From: Candidatus Dojkabacteria bacterium | Lineage (GTDB): Bacteria; Patescibacteriota; Dojkabacteria; J137 | DNA: 64,000 nucleotides | Reading direction: 5' to 3' | Assembly (NCBI GenBank): GCA_040006935.1 | Contig: JBDTVZ010000001.1 | Coordinates: 295,772-359,771 of the forward strand | Shown here: positions 45,675 to 55,591 of the stretch, in pieces | Layout of the letters: each line of letters begins with the position of its first letter | How positions within the stretch are numbered: the stretch's first letter is position 1 | The notes under the pieces: model-generated | The model's input: the letters and a program-made list of their open reading frames with translations, nothing else | Databases searched by the model: none | Told to the model about the DNA's origin: nothing | Translations under genes and position numbers: made by a program

Positions 45675-46052
45675 TTATAATCCTTTATATTTATCGCCAT
45701 TCTTATCTCTGGTAAATAAAGAAGAATTTAACTTATTAAAATCTTGAATATCTAAATGGATAAAAGAAAGTTTAATATCTAATTTATTTTCTTCTAAAAA
45801 TTCTGAGATTTTATACATTGTCCAATTACAAAAAGAATCTGATGGAATTCCATGTTGAATTTTAATATTCGGAATAAATAAATCATAACTTTCTTTTCCT
45901 ACTCTATTCACTTTACCTTGATTAAATTTGTTAATTGCTTTAATTTTTTCAAGATCAACCTTTAATTTCTGAAAGATGAAAACGTTACCGAAATCTTTTT
46001 TGAGAAGTTCTTTGTGTTTGAATGAGTTAAAGGTATAAGTTAAAGTTTTCAT
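45675..46052 (-). CDS. hypothetical protein (125 aa)
   Basis: ORF only. Confidence 0.35.
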   Translation of the reverse strand: MKTLTYTFNSFKHKELLKKDFGNVFIFQKLKVDLEKIKAINKFNQGKVNRVGKESYDLFIPNIKIQHGIPSDSFCNWTMYKISEFLEENKLDIKLSFIHLDIQDFNKLNSSLFTRDKNGDKYKGL

Positions 46053-46069
46053 AAATCGTAAATAACATT

Positions 46070-46107
46070 CCCCTCTTTGTAAGAGGGGTTAAGGGAGTTA
46101 TAAAACA
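46070..46107. repeat. R6 element (inverted orientation)
   Basis: CCCCTCTTTGTAAGAGGGGTTAAGGGAGTTATAA is the reverse complement of 13433-13470 with a few mismatches. Confidence 0.65.
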
Positions 46108-46111
46108 ATAA

Positions 46112-46149
46112 GGACCGCCCAAGAACCTTATCCTGCTTTCGGGGCGGTA
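46112..46149. repeat. R7 element (GGACCGCCCAAGAACCTTATCCTGCTTTCGGGGCGGTA hairpin)
   Basis: Related copy at 51142-51179 (GGACCGCACAAGATCTTTGTCGTGCTTTCGGTGCGGTA). Confidence 0.65.
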
Positions 46150-46151
46150 TT

Positions 46152-46230
46152 AACTCCTCCCGACCTCCTCCCCGCCTGCCTCTTTAAAATAGGTCTAAAA
46201 TTTGAAATCGGCGGGCAGGTTAAAAAGAGG
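46152..46230. repeat. long imperfect GC-rich palindrome (CTCCTCCCGACCTCCTCCCCGCCTGCCTCTTT...CGGCGGGCAGGTTAAAAAGAGGAGGAG)
   Basis: The inverted arms were read directly. Confidence 0.5.
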
Positions 46231-46237
46231 AGGAGAA

Positions 46238-47746
46238 TTAAATCTTAATCAAAACAACCTCATCACCTTCATCAAACACAACCATCCAATCCTTATCCTC
46301 CATCAACAAATTCACAATCTTTGAATTCTTATTCATCAAAACAACGCGAATATCGTATGCTTCAATAGCTTTTCTCCAATTCACTCCAACCGATTCTAAC
46401 TCCATATAATCTTTTAAAATATTAGTCTCAACTTTTCCAGCGCAATTCCACGCAGGCATTCTCCCATCAATAAACCATTTTTGTTCCGGCATTACCCAGG
46501 ATAAATATCCGCCCCAAGTATAAAAGTTGAAAATATTTAATTTTAAATACTCAGGATGTGTTTTTAAAAACTCAACAGATTTATAAGGATAATTTTCAAA
46601 TTCAAAATTTATAGAGTATTTAAAATCTAAATTTGTTTTTACCCAATCATAAAAATTATATAAACCTCCAGCAGAAATTATTAAAATAAAAACAATTGGA
46701 ATTACAGTCGTCATACTTTTTAATAATTTTGAAACATCGTCTGTTAGGAAAAATGCTTTGGTTTTGTTATAAAAATAAATAAACTCAACGCAAAAACAAA
46801 TGGAGACAATAGGAGCAGCAATGAGTGCGTATCGAATTGTATAAAGAGAAAGCAATCCAAAAATTAATAGCAAAGCTAAACGTAAATAATTTACTTTCTT
46901 ATTCAAAATTATGAGGACTAAAGTTGAAATAAAAATCAGAAAGTAGAGTAGTCCGTATTGCTGTTTTAAATTTACAGAGGACCATTCACTTATAAAACTA
47001 GAATTTTGAGGAGAAACAATATTATTAAAAGCTTCAACCCAAGAGTTAAATCCGAAAGGATTAATCACAGTAAAAGGCAAGGAAGTTAGAATCAGTATGA
47101 AAAATTTTGAACTTTCTTTTAATTTTTTAAATGCTAATTCAGGCTTTGCATTTTGAAAAATAAGTAGTGTAAATTTTGTAAAAATAACCAGAATAAATAA
47201 AGAAATTAAAGCATACCCAACAACAAATCCTCCGTGAAGATTTCCCCAAAGTAAAAATAGAATAATTCCGAAAACAACATCTTTCTTGGATAAATTTTCG
47301 TAATAAATTTTTACTAATCTATTTAATAAAATTGAAATGAAAACGAAACTAATAATTTGAGGTCTAATCGTAATGAATGCCATTAGAATTAAATAGGAAA
47401 TTATTATAAATAGTACAGTATGAAAATATGAAACCTTATCTTTAAATAAATATTTAAAAGTTTTGTAATTAAAATAAACTCCCAGAATAATTAAAAAAGA
47501 GAAGAAAGCAGATAAAATTGCCATTCCCAAGTGAATATATATCCAATATATATCAACATCGCTTAACCACGAATGATTAGTCCAAATATAATTTGTACAA
47601 GTGTAAGTTATATTATTTGTGAAAGTATTATTCTCTAGAATTTCCTTTCCTAAACGTAAATGCCAGCCAAAATCCGGATCGATTCGAGTGGTGAAGAAGA
47701 GAAAGGCGAGAGGTAATAGGAATATGTATTTCAGTTTGTTTTTCAT
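46238..47746 (-). CDS. polytopic membrane protein (502 aa) with a C-terminal soluble domain
   Basis: More than 10 hydrophobic helices. Possibly a glycosyltransferase or O-antigen-ligase-like protein, but unrecognised. Confidence 0.45.
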   Translation of the reverse strand: MKNKLKYIFLLPLAFLFFTTRIDPDFGWHLRLGKEILENNTFTNNITYTCTNYIWTNHSWLSDVDIYWIYIHLGMAILSAFFSFLIILGVYFNYKTFKYLFKDKVSYFHTVLFIIISYLILMAFITIRPQIISFVFISILLNRLVKIYYENLSKKDVVFGIILFLLWGNLHGGFVVGYALISLFILVIFTKFTLLIFQNAKPELAFKKLKESSKFFILILTSLPFTVINPFGFNSWVEAFNNIVSPQNSSFISEWSSVNLKQQYGLLYFLIFISTLVLIILNKKVNYLRLALLLIFGLLSLYTIRYALIAAPIVSICFCVEFIYFYNKTKAFFLTDDVSKLLKSMTTVIPIVFILIISAGGLYNFYDWVKTNLDFKYSINFEFENYPYKSVEFLKTHPEYLKLNIFNFYTWGGYLSWVMPEQKWFIDGRMPAWNCAGKVETNILKDYMELESVGVNWRKAIEAYDIRVVLMNKNSKIVNLLMEDKDWMVVFDEGDEVVLIKI

Positions 47747-47788
47747 ATGATTGATTATAAATTAAATACGATGAGGTGTCTTTAATAA

Positions 47789-47914
47789 CCCCTCCTGATC
47801 CTAACGGATCTTCCTCCCCCTAGGGAGGTGGCGACTGCCTGCTCCTGACTAGCAGGAGGGCGGGGAGGCAACTTCATGCAGTAAGAAACTGCCAGGAGAG
47901 TAGGTGAGGTGGGC
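47789..47914. repeat. cluster of GC-rich elements including an R3 copy (47833-47914)
   Basis: GACTGCCTGCTCCTGACTAGCAGGAGGGCGGGGAGGCAACTTCATGCAGTAAGAAACTGCCAG..GGTGAGGTGGG matches 9476-9564. Confidence 0.7.
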
Positions 47915-48000
47915 TAAAGCCAACATAAATCTATGGCTCGCAAAGCTCGCTAAGATTTATAGCTGTAAATGTCATGAATAATGTATGATATATTATAAGT

Positions 48001-49113
48001 ATGGACGAAATCGGAACCGAAACTAAAAAGAAAGAACGATTGATAAGCAAATACTCACTCCCGATGATGAGAGAATACTTATCTAATTTGAAAAACAATA
48101 ACTATTCCAAAGAAACTTTAGAGAATTATGCCAGAGATTTAGAAATTTTTTCCTCTTACTTAGCTTACTTAGATATCACTTTCGATAAAATAGATAAACT
48201 ATTAATTTCCGATTATAAAGGATTTTTAAGAGAACAAAATTACCTTCCAATACTACATAAATATCAAGCAGGTAGAGAAATCACAGATATTGATGTAGAT
48301 AAAAGTAAACAAGATATTTCCGAATTAAAAAAAGCAATGTATAAAGGACAATTATCCGACGCTTCTGTAAATCGAATGCTTTCATCGTTAAGATCTTACC
48401 TATCTTTTTTAGTGGACGTTGATCAAGCGATTCCAATCCCACCAAGTGCAATTAAAATGATTAAAGCTGAAAAAAAAGAGAAACAAGTTGCAGAACTAAG
48501 TGAGCTTGTGCATTTAATTGAAAGTCCGTTTCAATTTGAAGCAGAGCCAATCATTAAAGCGAGGAATAGAGCAATTTTAGAATTAATATTTTCGACTGGA
48601 ATGAGAATTTCGGAAGTAGTTAACTTAAATCGTGATCAAGTGAAGATGGATAATAACCAAATTGTTGATGATAAAACCTATATTATGGGAAAAGGTAAAA
48701 AACAAAGATTTGTATATTTAACTGAACGTGCAATTCAATTTATGAATGAATATTTGAAAATGCGAACTGACGATTTCCCTGCAATGTTTATTCCGACAAA
48801 AGGAACTCGAAAAGCTACAGAAAATCCATATATTGTAAGGCTTTCTCAAAATTATATTCAAATGAAAATTAAAGATTATCGAACACGATTAGGAATTGTA
48901 GTTCCAACATCCGCACATAGCTTAAGGCATGGTTTTGCAACTTACATTGCAGAGGAAGGAGCAAATCCCGCAGCAATACAAAGGCTTCTAGGGCATTCCT
49001 CATTGCAAACAACTTCTAAATATGTTCACGCTTCGGATAAATTTGCAGAGGATGCTCATAGAAAGTTCCATCCATTACAGGAAAATGACAAATTACGAGT
49101 GACGAATGACTAA
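48001..49113 (+). CDS. tyrosine site-specific recombinase (XerC/XerD/phage-integrase family)
   Basis: R...HSLRHGFAT...LLGHSSLQTTSKYVH catalytic region (R-H-R-Y), with an N-terminal SAM-like core-binding domain. Confidence 0.75.
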   Translation: MDEIGTETKKKERLISKYSLPMMREYLSNLKNNNYSKETLENYARDLEIFSSYLAYLDITFDKIDKLLISDYKGFLREQNYLPILHKYQAGREITDIDVDKSKQDISELKKAMYKGQLSDASVNRMLSSLRSYLSFLVDVDQAIPIPPSAIKMIKAEKKEKQVAELSELVHLIESPFQFEAEPIIKARNRAILELIFSTGMRISEVVNLNRDQVKMDNNQIVDDKTYIMGKGKKQRFVYLTERAIQFMNEYLKMRTDDFPAMFIPTKGTRKATENPYIVRLSQNYIQMKIKDYRTRLGIVVPTSAHSLRHGFATYIAEEGANPAAIQRLLGHSSLQTTSKYVHASDKFAEDAHRKFHPLQENDKLRVTND

Positions 49114-49195
49114 TAGTACTCTTAATTCATAATTCATAAGGAATTCATATTTCGGTGCTAAAATAATCCATAAAGTAATTTTTATAAATTAAGAT

Positions 49196-49912
49196 ATGCA
49201 GTCAACACCAGGTTTAATTCAAGAATCCAGTACTGTTTTCGGTAGTTTTATGGCTCAAGTTTACGGATGGATGGTAATTGGGTTAATGGTAACTTTTGCA
49301 GTCGCATTCGGAGTTGAATTTATAACAGAAAGAAATGAGCAAATATATCTATTACTCGCAACACTATCTCCATTTATTATAATTGGCCAGCTTATTATTG
49401 TATTAGTGATGGCATTCCTCTGGAGAAAAATGAATGTATTTATATCTGCAGGACTATTCCTCTTCTATTCTTTAACAATGGGATTATTTTTTGGAATAAT
49501 ATTTTTAGACTTTACTTCAAGTTCGATTCTTTTAGTATTCGGCGCAACAATCGCAACTTTTGTTGTAATGGCATTATTTGGAACTTTAACTAAACAAGAC
49601 TTAACATCCTGGGGAAGATTAGCATTATTTGGTTTACTTGGATTAATAATTGCGACAGTAATTAATATAGTTTTTTATTTATTCAATCCAGGATTAGCAC
49701 AGTCATTTGAATGGGTTTTAACATATTTAGGAGTTGGAATATTCTTGATTTTAATTGCTTACGATACTCAAAAATTGAAAACAATGGCTGCAAGTGCAGA
49801 GCAAAGTGGTTTGGGAATGGCAAATGTAGCAATACAAGGAGCCTTAACACTTTACTTGGATTTTATTAATATATTTATAAGGCTCTTATTTATTATGGGT
49901 AAACGTAAGTAA
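49196..49912 (+). CDS. Bax-inhibitor-1/YccA family membrane protein
   Basis: 7-TM, about 238 aa, with an N-terminal ...FMAQVYGWMVIGL pattern typical of BI-1/YccA. Confidence 0.5.
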   Translation: MQSTPGLIQESSTVFGSFMAQVYGWMVIGLMVTFAVAFGVEFITERNEQIYLLLATLSPFIIIGQLIIVLVMAFLWRKMNVFISAGLFLFYSLTMGLFFGIIFLDFTSSSILLVFGATIATFVVMALFGTLTKQDLTSWGRLALFGLLGLIIATVINIVFYLFNPGLAQSFEWVLTYLGVGIFLILIAYDTQKLKTMAASAEQSGLGMANVAIQGALTLYLDFINIFIRLLFIMGKRK

Positions 49913-49933
49913 TTAAATTTTATATTTCTTAAT

Positions 49934-51136
49934 ATGAAAAAAGGTCGGATACTATTAGGCTGCGTTTTAATTTTAGTAATTTGTTCATCTACACTATTTG
50001 GAACTATTGGTGGCTATTTAGGCGGAAGATTTTTGAACAGTGGAGGTGTGGGACAAACTCTACAGAATATTACAAACAGTAATGTTCAAGTTGTACATGA
50101 AGAATCAGAAGTAATTTCTGCAGTTGAAAATTCTACAAATTCTGTTGTGAGTATTGTAATTACAAAAGACGTTCCCAAATATGAAAATATTAATTCACCA
50201 TTAGGTAGTGATTTTGGATTTACAATTCCACAAAAAAAACAGGTAGGTACAGAACAACAAGAAGTTGGTGCTGGAACTGGATTTATTATCTCCACAGATG
50301 GAATGATAATTACAAATCGACATGTTGTTGATGATGAAACAGCATCTTACACAGCAATTTTTAATGATGGAACAAAGAAAGAAGCTAAAGTGTTAGCTCG
50401 AGATACTTTACTAGATATAGCATTCTTGAAAATCGATGGTGCTGATTACAAGCCAATACCTCTAGGTTCATCAGCACAATTAAAATCAGGACAAAGCGTT
50501 ATAGCAATTGGCAATGCATTAGGAGAGTTTTCAAATACAATAAGTACAGGCGTTATTTCTGGGCTAGGTAGAAACATTCAAGCAACAGATCAAGATGGTG
50601 GAAATGCTGAAACGCTTTCAGATATTATTCAAACAGACGCAAGCATAAATTTTGGAAATTCCGGAGGGCCACTTTTAGATATTAAGGGAAACGTAATTGG
50701 AGTAAACGTTGCGAGATCCTCCGATGGAGAAAACATTGGATTTGCAATTCCAATCGATGTAGTAAAAGATCTTATAGATATGCTTAATACAACAGGGAAA
50801 ATAGAAAGGCCAGTATTAGGAGTTCGATATATTCCAGTTGATGCAACCTTTAAAGCACAAAATAATATCCCATACGATTACGGAGCTTATATTTCTGGGA
50901 ATACTCAAAACCAAACATTAGGAGTAGTTCCTGGAAGTCCAGCAGATAAAGCAGGATTGAAAGATGGAGATATTATTCTAGAAGTTAACGGGAAAAGAGT
51001 AGATGATGCAAATCCATTATCAAATTTAATTCAATCATTTAAAATAGACGATACCATCACTTTAAAGATTTATACAAAAGGAGCAGAGCAAGACATTCAA
51101 GTAAAGTTAGAGAGATTTGAGATTCCGACTAATTAA
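49934..51136 (+). CDS. htrA: HtrA/DegP-family serine protease with a PDZ domain
   Basis: TNRHVV (His), D..LLDIAFLKI (Asp), and GNSGGPL (Ser) triad motifs. PDZ at the C-terminus. Confidence 0.85.
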   Translation: MKKGRILLGCVLILVICSSTLFGTIGGYLGGRFLNSGGVGQTLQNITNSNVQVVHEESEVISAVENSTNSVVSIVITKDVPKYENINSPLGSDFGFTIPQKKQVGTEQQEVGAGTGFIISTDGMIITNRHVVDDETASYTAIFNDGTKKEAKVLARDTLLDIAFLKIDGADYKPIPLGSSAQLKSGQSVIAIGNALGEFSNTISTGVISGLGRNIQATDQDGGNAETLSDIIQTDASINFGNSGGPLLDIKGNVIGVNVARSSDGENIGFAIPIDVVKDLIDMLNTTGKIERPVLGVRYIPVDATFKAQNNIPYDYGAYISGNTQNQTLGVVPGSPADKAGLKDGDIILEVNGKRVDDANPLSNLIQSFKIDDTITLKIYTKGAEQDIQVKLERFEIPTN

Positions 51137-51141
51137 AAAAT

Positions 51142-51290
51142 GGACCGCACAAGATCTTTGTCGTGCTTTCGGTGCGGTAAACATCCACCGTCCAGCTAAA
51201 GCTGGCCACCTCCTTCAAAGGAGGAATTCGTAGGGTCAGCCCACCTGACTTAACCTAAAGGGAGGTATTATCATCAACGTCAACTGATTA
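51142..51290. repeat. R7 copy plus further small palindromes (CCAGCTAAAGCTGG, CCTCCTTCAAAGGAGG)
   Basis: The hairpins were read directly. Confidence 0.55.
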
Positions 51291-51439
51291 TAGCCACATT
51301 TATATTCTCGGTAAAAGGGAGTTTGAGGGAAAATTCTTTTGACTTCCACGTTCCAGCTCCAAAATTATTTTCTCTCAAAACTTTTTTTGCTTACTTTTTT
51401 TAGTTATAAAAAAAGTAAGGTAAGAAAACCTCTCGAGTA

Positions 51440-51537
51440 ATGGTTCGAGAGCCTCATCATGACAATAGGCAGAAATCCCATCGGGAAATCAAATCACGGG
51501 ATCGCCACGCTCGTCTTCGGCTCCTCGCAATGACAAC
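51440..51537. repeat. R4-type element ending ...ACGGGATCGCCACGCTCGTCTTCGGCTCCTCGCAATGACAACA
   Basis: The right module matches 9657-9704 and 3670-3719. Confidence 0.6.
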
Positions 51538-51559
51538 ATTCACCTGATATAATAAATTT

Positions 51560-52441
51560 ATGAAAACAATCAACGGAACTGAAATTGCAGAATCAATCCT
51601 ACACAGTCTTAAAGAAAAGATTACCTCACTCGACCTGCACCCTAAGCTAGCAATAGTCTTAGCCTCAGACGACGAATCCAGCAAAATTTATACCTCGATG
51701 AAATCTAAAAAAGCCGAAAGCATTGGAATCCAAACAGAACTACATACTCTTGATCTAAAAGACAATAATTTAAAAGAAACTTTAATCAGCAAACTCAAGC
51801 AACTTAATGATGATAAAGAAGTACATGGAATACTTTTACAATTACCTTTAGCTGAAAGTATTAAAGAATATTCGGATGAAATTATAAACACAATAGATCC
51901 CAGCAAAGATGTAGATGGACTTACAGCAATAAACCAAGGAAGATTAATGCAAGGTTTAAAAACTTTCAGGCCTGCAACAGTAGATGCCATATTGGAATGT
52001 ATAAAATTTACTTGTCCGAATCGAGATGAGGAAATAGAAGGATATCTTAGCTACCTTGATACATTTTTAAGAGGAAAGAATGTAGTGATTATTAATAACT
52101 CAAACCTTATCGGGAAACCACTTAGTGTGCTCTTGGAGAGTTATAATACATCCGTTTCTGTTCTAAATAAGTATTCCTTAGACCTCAAATCCTTTACACA
52201 ACAGGCAGATATTTTAATTACTGCAACAGGTGCAACTTCTATTATTGATCATCTGGATGTTAAAGATAATTGTACAATTATCGATGTAACTAGCGTTAAA
52301 AAAGAAGGCCAAATTTTAGGAGATGTTACAATTTCGAAAGAATTAGAAGAAAAAGTTGAATGGATAACTCCCGTCCCAGGAGGAGTGGGTCCGCTTACTA
52401 TTGCATGCTTATTGAGGAATTTGGTCAGAGCTATTACTTGA
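51560..52441 (+). CDS. folD: bifunctional methylenetetrahydrofolate dehydrogenase/cyclohydrolase
   Basis: KDVDGL, the IITATGA Rossmann segment, and PVPGGVGPLT at the C-terminus. Confidence 0.85.
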   Translation: MKTINGTEIAESILHSLKEKITSLDLHPKLAIVLASDDESSKIYTSMKSKKAESIGIQTELHTLDLKDNNLKETLISKLKQLNDDKEVHGILLQLPLAESIKEYSDEIINTIDPSKDVDGLTAINQGRLMQGLKTFRPATVDAILECIKFTCPNRDEEIEGYLSYLDTFLRGKNVVIINNSNLIGKPLSVLLESYNTSVSVLNKYSLDLKSFTQQADILITATGATSIIDHLDVKDNCTIIDVTSVKKEGQILGDVTISKELEEKVEWITPVPGGVGPLTIACLLRNLVRAIT

Positions 52442-53249
52442 ACTCAATTAAGTAGGGTAAAGTTTTAAAATCTCTAAATGATACTTCTGCATTTTCCTGA
52501 GAATATATTGCTGTTGAAGATCCACCATCCAAATTAACTACAGAAATAGTTTCCCCTTCAAAAAAGTCTTTACTTAGTAACTTTTCTCCCAACTGTCTCA
52601 AATCGTAACCTTGTGTGGTAATTCCTACGAAAATTCTTCCTGATGAAGTATATCCAATAAATGATCGTAAAGAACTTTGGTTACCATTTAAAGAATGATC
52701 AATTAGTGAAGTTTGTAATTCGTTATTATCTATAATTAAAGGTCCTGTTTGAAAATATATATTATCTGAATTCTCGATTAAGTCCTTAGGTGTAAAATCT
52801 AAATCTGATTTAAAAGTTAACTTGCCACTAATTTTATTAAAATTAACTATATGAGTTGCTTGTTGATTGTCCTTGGATAAACTGCCTAATTGATTTGAAC
52901 CGTCCCAAAGTAATCCAATGTAGGACTTATCCTCTGCAAAGTAACCTCCATTTACAACGATTTGATCGCTATCTTGTATAGCTAATTGTTTTGGAGATAG
53001 TAAATTATCTTCCGAACTCTTAAAAACATTTATATCAAAATTACCAGAGATAATGCTTATCCCATCTTTTATATAGTAAGTATATTTCCCAGATAGAATA
53101 GGTTTACTTACAATTGGAGTTGCAGAAATATTACTAAAACTCTCTTGGATAGTGATTAAGTAACTCTTTATAGTATTTACTAGCAAAAAGCCAACAACCC
53201 CTAAAAGAATTATTAGAACTAGCAAAAATGTTATGTAATATTTTTTCAT
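52434..53249 (-). CDS. phosphodiester glycosidase family (DUF2233) protein with an N-terminal membrane anchor
   Basis: VVNLDGGSSTAIY and VVNGGYF motifs. I start it at the ATG at 53249 (MKKYYITFLLV signal anchor). The longer track ORF (to 53366) is unlikely because it approaches the tRNA-Lys gene. Confidence 0.55.
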   Translation of the reverse strand: MKKYYITFLLVLIILLGVVGFLLVNTIKSYLITIQESFSNISATPIVSKPILSGKYTYYIKDGISIISGNFDINVFKSSEDNLLSPKQLAIQDSDQIVVNGGYFAEDKSYIGLLWDGSNQLGSLSKDNQQATHIVNFNKISGKLTFKSDLDFTPKDLIENSDNIYFQTGPLIIDNNELQTSLIDHSLNGNQSSLRSFIGYTSSGRIFVGITTQGYDLRQLGEKLLSKDFFEGETISVVNLDGGSSTAIYSQENAEVSFRDFKTLPYLIEFK

Positions 53250-53308
53250 TACTTGATTATAAAGGAAGATTGCGAATTTTGCGAAGTATACATTAATATT
53301 AATTAATA

Positions 53309-53380
53309 TGGTCTGACCGAGACTCGAACTCGGAACCAACTGCTTAAAAGGCAGCTGCTCTACCATTGAGCTATCAAACC
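53309..53380 (-). tRNA. tRNA-Lys (anticodon UUU)
   Basis: Hand-folded: acceptor GGTTTGA/TCAGACC, D-arm GCTC AATGGTA GAGC, anticodon stem GCTGC/GCAGT with loop CTTTTAA, T-arm CCGAG TTCGAGT CTCGG, discriminator A. No encoded CCA. Confidence 0.85.
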
Positions 53381-53464
53381 TTAAGAATATCCATGTAAGA
53401 TCTATTTAACCTTACGAATGCGGAGAATTATAGCATAAGAAAAACCAAAGTTAAAAGCTCAATT

Positions 53465-55543
53465 TCAACTGCTGCTCTCCAATTTCTGCATTCTCGCAAC
53501 CACACTTTCTTCTGGAATAGTTTCAAAAATTACTCCTCTTGGTCTTAAATCTAATACTTTTGGCCATATATTCTCCGGAAGATAATCAATCTTAATTACG
53601 ATATCAAAGGTTTTTCCCTTTGCTGTTTTATTAATAAGCTCTAACTGAGGTAATATTAAACTATAGTCATATTCAAATAGCTCGTTTCTTTGCAAACTCA
53701 TTTTCAATAGAGAAGTTATATCTACAATTAGTCCGTCAAGATCAGTTTTTTGCAAATTCTCTAAATCAAAAATGAAGGATGGATAGGAAATTTCTGCATA
53801 GATACTATAACCATTTCCCTTTTTGATACCTTGAGTACTTAATATCTTTTTTAAACTTTCAAAATTCTTTGCATTCCTCACGGCTGGAACAGATACGCTT
53901 ATATTCTTACTGCCAAAGAAGTTTTTGGATTTTTTTATTGCTATTGCTTCAGTAATTAAGCTTTCTGGGTTATCAATAAATCTTTCATCTCCACTGAATT
54001 TAAATTTATTTTCAACTCCTAATAATTTCTTTTCATAATCATTGATATTTGAGAAGGAATAAATAAATGGCTTATGTTCGGAAACCTTCGAAGCTACAGA
54101 GATATCTAATGCGTATTTATCTGCAAGTTCTCCAAGCTTTACTGGGTTATCTATATGTTCTTCAGCTAGCATATTATTTGTTAAAACCATTTCAGTAGCA
54201 TCAAAAAAAGTGCCGTTAAAATTATGTGCAGCAGATATTCTTGCAGAAGTAACTTTTGATAAGTCTAAGTAAATTGCAGTTTTTAAATCATATTTATCTG
54301 TCCATTTTGGAGTTGCATCTAATTGAATGGATCTTTTTCTAATATCGGCCAAAGTTAAGTGCTTCTTTTTTGTTTCATCATCATATTGTGGTGCCTCATC
54401 AATTTCTTCTTCATCATTTGCAGAAACCATTGCCTGTACTTCCTTAACAAGATTAGGAATACTAATTTTTGGTTTGTCCTTATTTGTATGAACTTCTTCA
54501 ACTCCCAGGCTATGTGAAATTTTTTCTGATTCGTTTTTTAAGCTAGTGGCCATTAATTTATTTAGGTCCATCAATTTTACTTCCACTACATAAACATCTC
54601 CTGATTCAATAGACCAACTTATTTCCACTGGTTGTTCGTAAATACTTGCTAAGTGTTCGGTAATCAACCCTACTTGGATTGCTCTTTCATCCATTATTTT
54701 TTGTTTCTTTTGCCAAGCTTCACTTATACTTACCTTGAAATTTGGTTCATCCTTGTGTCCAATTTTGCCTTTTCGGACATACATTTCACTTTGTGGGACA
54801 ATGAATTTCTCAACTATCTTTTTATTTACTAAGTCAATTTTATATTTATCGCAATAAGTATCAAAATCCATTTTTACATCCTTCAATCCATAAATTGACC
54901 GAACTTCTACAAGATTCTTTTCCAAAGTTTCGGGCGGAATAGAGTAGGCTTTTCCTGAAATTTCGCTTGCAACGGATCTTTTTACTAAAACCCCCATGGA
55001 TAATGGTCCACTATAATAGCTATTTGCCCTTTGTTCGATTGCTTCTGGTGTAAATAGGGTTAGCCAAGCCATTTTTATCTGATAAATCAGACCATCAATA
55101 CCGGAAATATTCTTTTCTAGTTGATTATCATCAGTAATTTCCTCTGGAAGAAATTTGGTGTTTAGAATATGTGAAGGCTGGATCTTTACAAAAGGCATTT
55201 CGTGCACCACATTTAAATTCCTGTATGCTTCTACAATTGGACGTTCAATAATACTTGGAAGCTTGGCACTAAGCATTAAATTTGTTATTTGCTCACTAGC
55301 CTCTACAGCAGTTTCCCGTATAAATGGTCGAACTTTCTTTAGTGCAAGCGAAAGAGGTTGTATTAAATCAGCTGCAGTTAGGAAATCATCAAAAGCAATC
55401 GTAGTAATTACAAAGCTAGGCGGTGTAGGCACATTGGCTAAGTAAACGTAAGAATGGAGTAAAGCTTCCTTACCTACGAGTTCGAAGTCTTTATCTTTAA
55501 CATTTCCTAAATTAAGAATATATGGAGTAGTTTTTCCAAGCAT
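53465..55543 (-). CDS. PEP-utilising-enzyme family protein: an N-terminal pyruvate-phosphate-dikinase/PEP-synthase-like ATP-grasp domain and a divergent C-terminal region, with no clear phospho-His domain
   Basis: N-terminal GKEALLHSYVYLANVPTPPSFVITTIAF resembles PPDK_N. The rest is unrecognised. Confidence 0.45.
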   Translation of the reverse strand: MLGKTTPYILNLGNVKDKDFELVGKEALLHSYVYLANVPTPPSFVITTIAFDDFLTAADLIQPLSLALKKVRPFIRETAVEASEQITNLMLSAKLPSIIERPIVEAYRNLNVVHEMPFVKIQPSHILNTKFLPEEITDDNQLEKNISGIDGLIYQIKMAWLTLFTPEAIEQRANSYYSGPLSMGVLVKRSVASEISGKAYSIPPETLEKNLVEVRSIYGLKDVKMDFDTYCDKYKIDLVNKKIVEKFIVPQSEMYVRKGKIGHKDEPNFKVSISEAWQKKQKIMDERAIQVGLITEHLASIYEQPVEISWSIESGDVYVVEVKLMDLNKLMATSLKNESEKISHSLGVEEVHTNKDKPKISIPNLVKEVQAMVSANDEEEIDEAPQYDDETKKKHLTLADIRKRSIQLDATPKWTDKYDLKTAIYLDLSKVTSARISAAHNFNGTFFDATEMVLTNNMLAEEHIDNPVKLGELADKYALDISVASKVSEHKPFIYSFSNINDYEKKLLGVENKFKFSGDERFIDNPESLITEAIAIKKSKNFFGSKNISVSVPAVRNAKNFESLKKILSTQGIKKGNGYSIYAEISYPSFIFDLENLQKTDLDGLIVDITSLLKMSLQRNELFEYDYSLILPQLELINKTAKGKTFDIVIKIDYLPENIWPKVLDLRPRGVIFETIPEESVVARMQKLESSS

Positions 55544-55591
55544 TTACAATTCAATTACAACTACTTATTATGAAGAGATTTATAAGTATTG

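Noticed and set aside
52434-53366. Long version of the DUF2233 ORF starting at 53366
   Set aside because: The extended N-terminus (MVEQLPFKQ...) runs into the tRNA-Lys region. It precedes a perfect signal-anchor start, MKKYY, at 53249, so I used the shorter gene.
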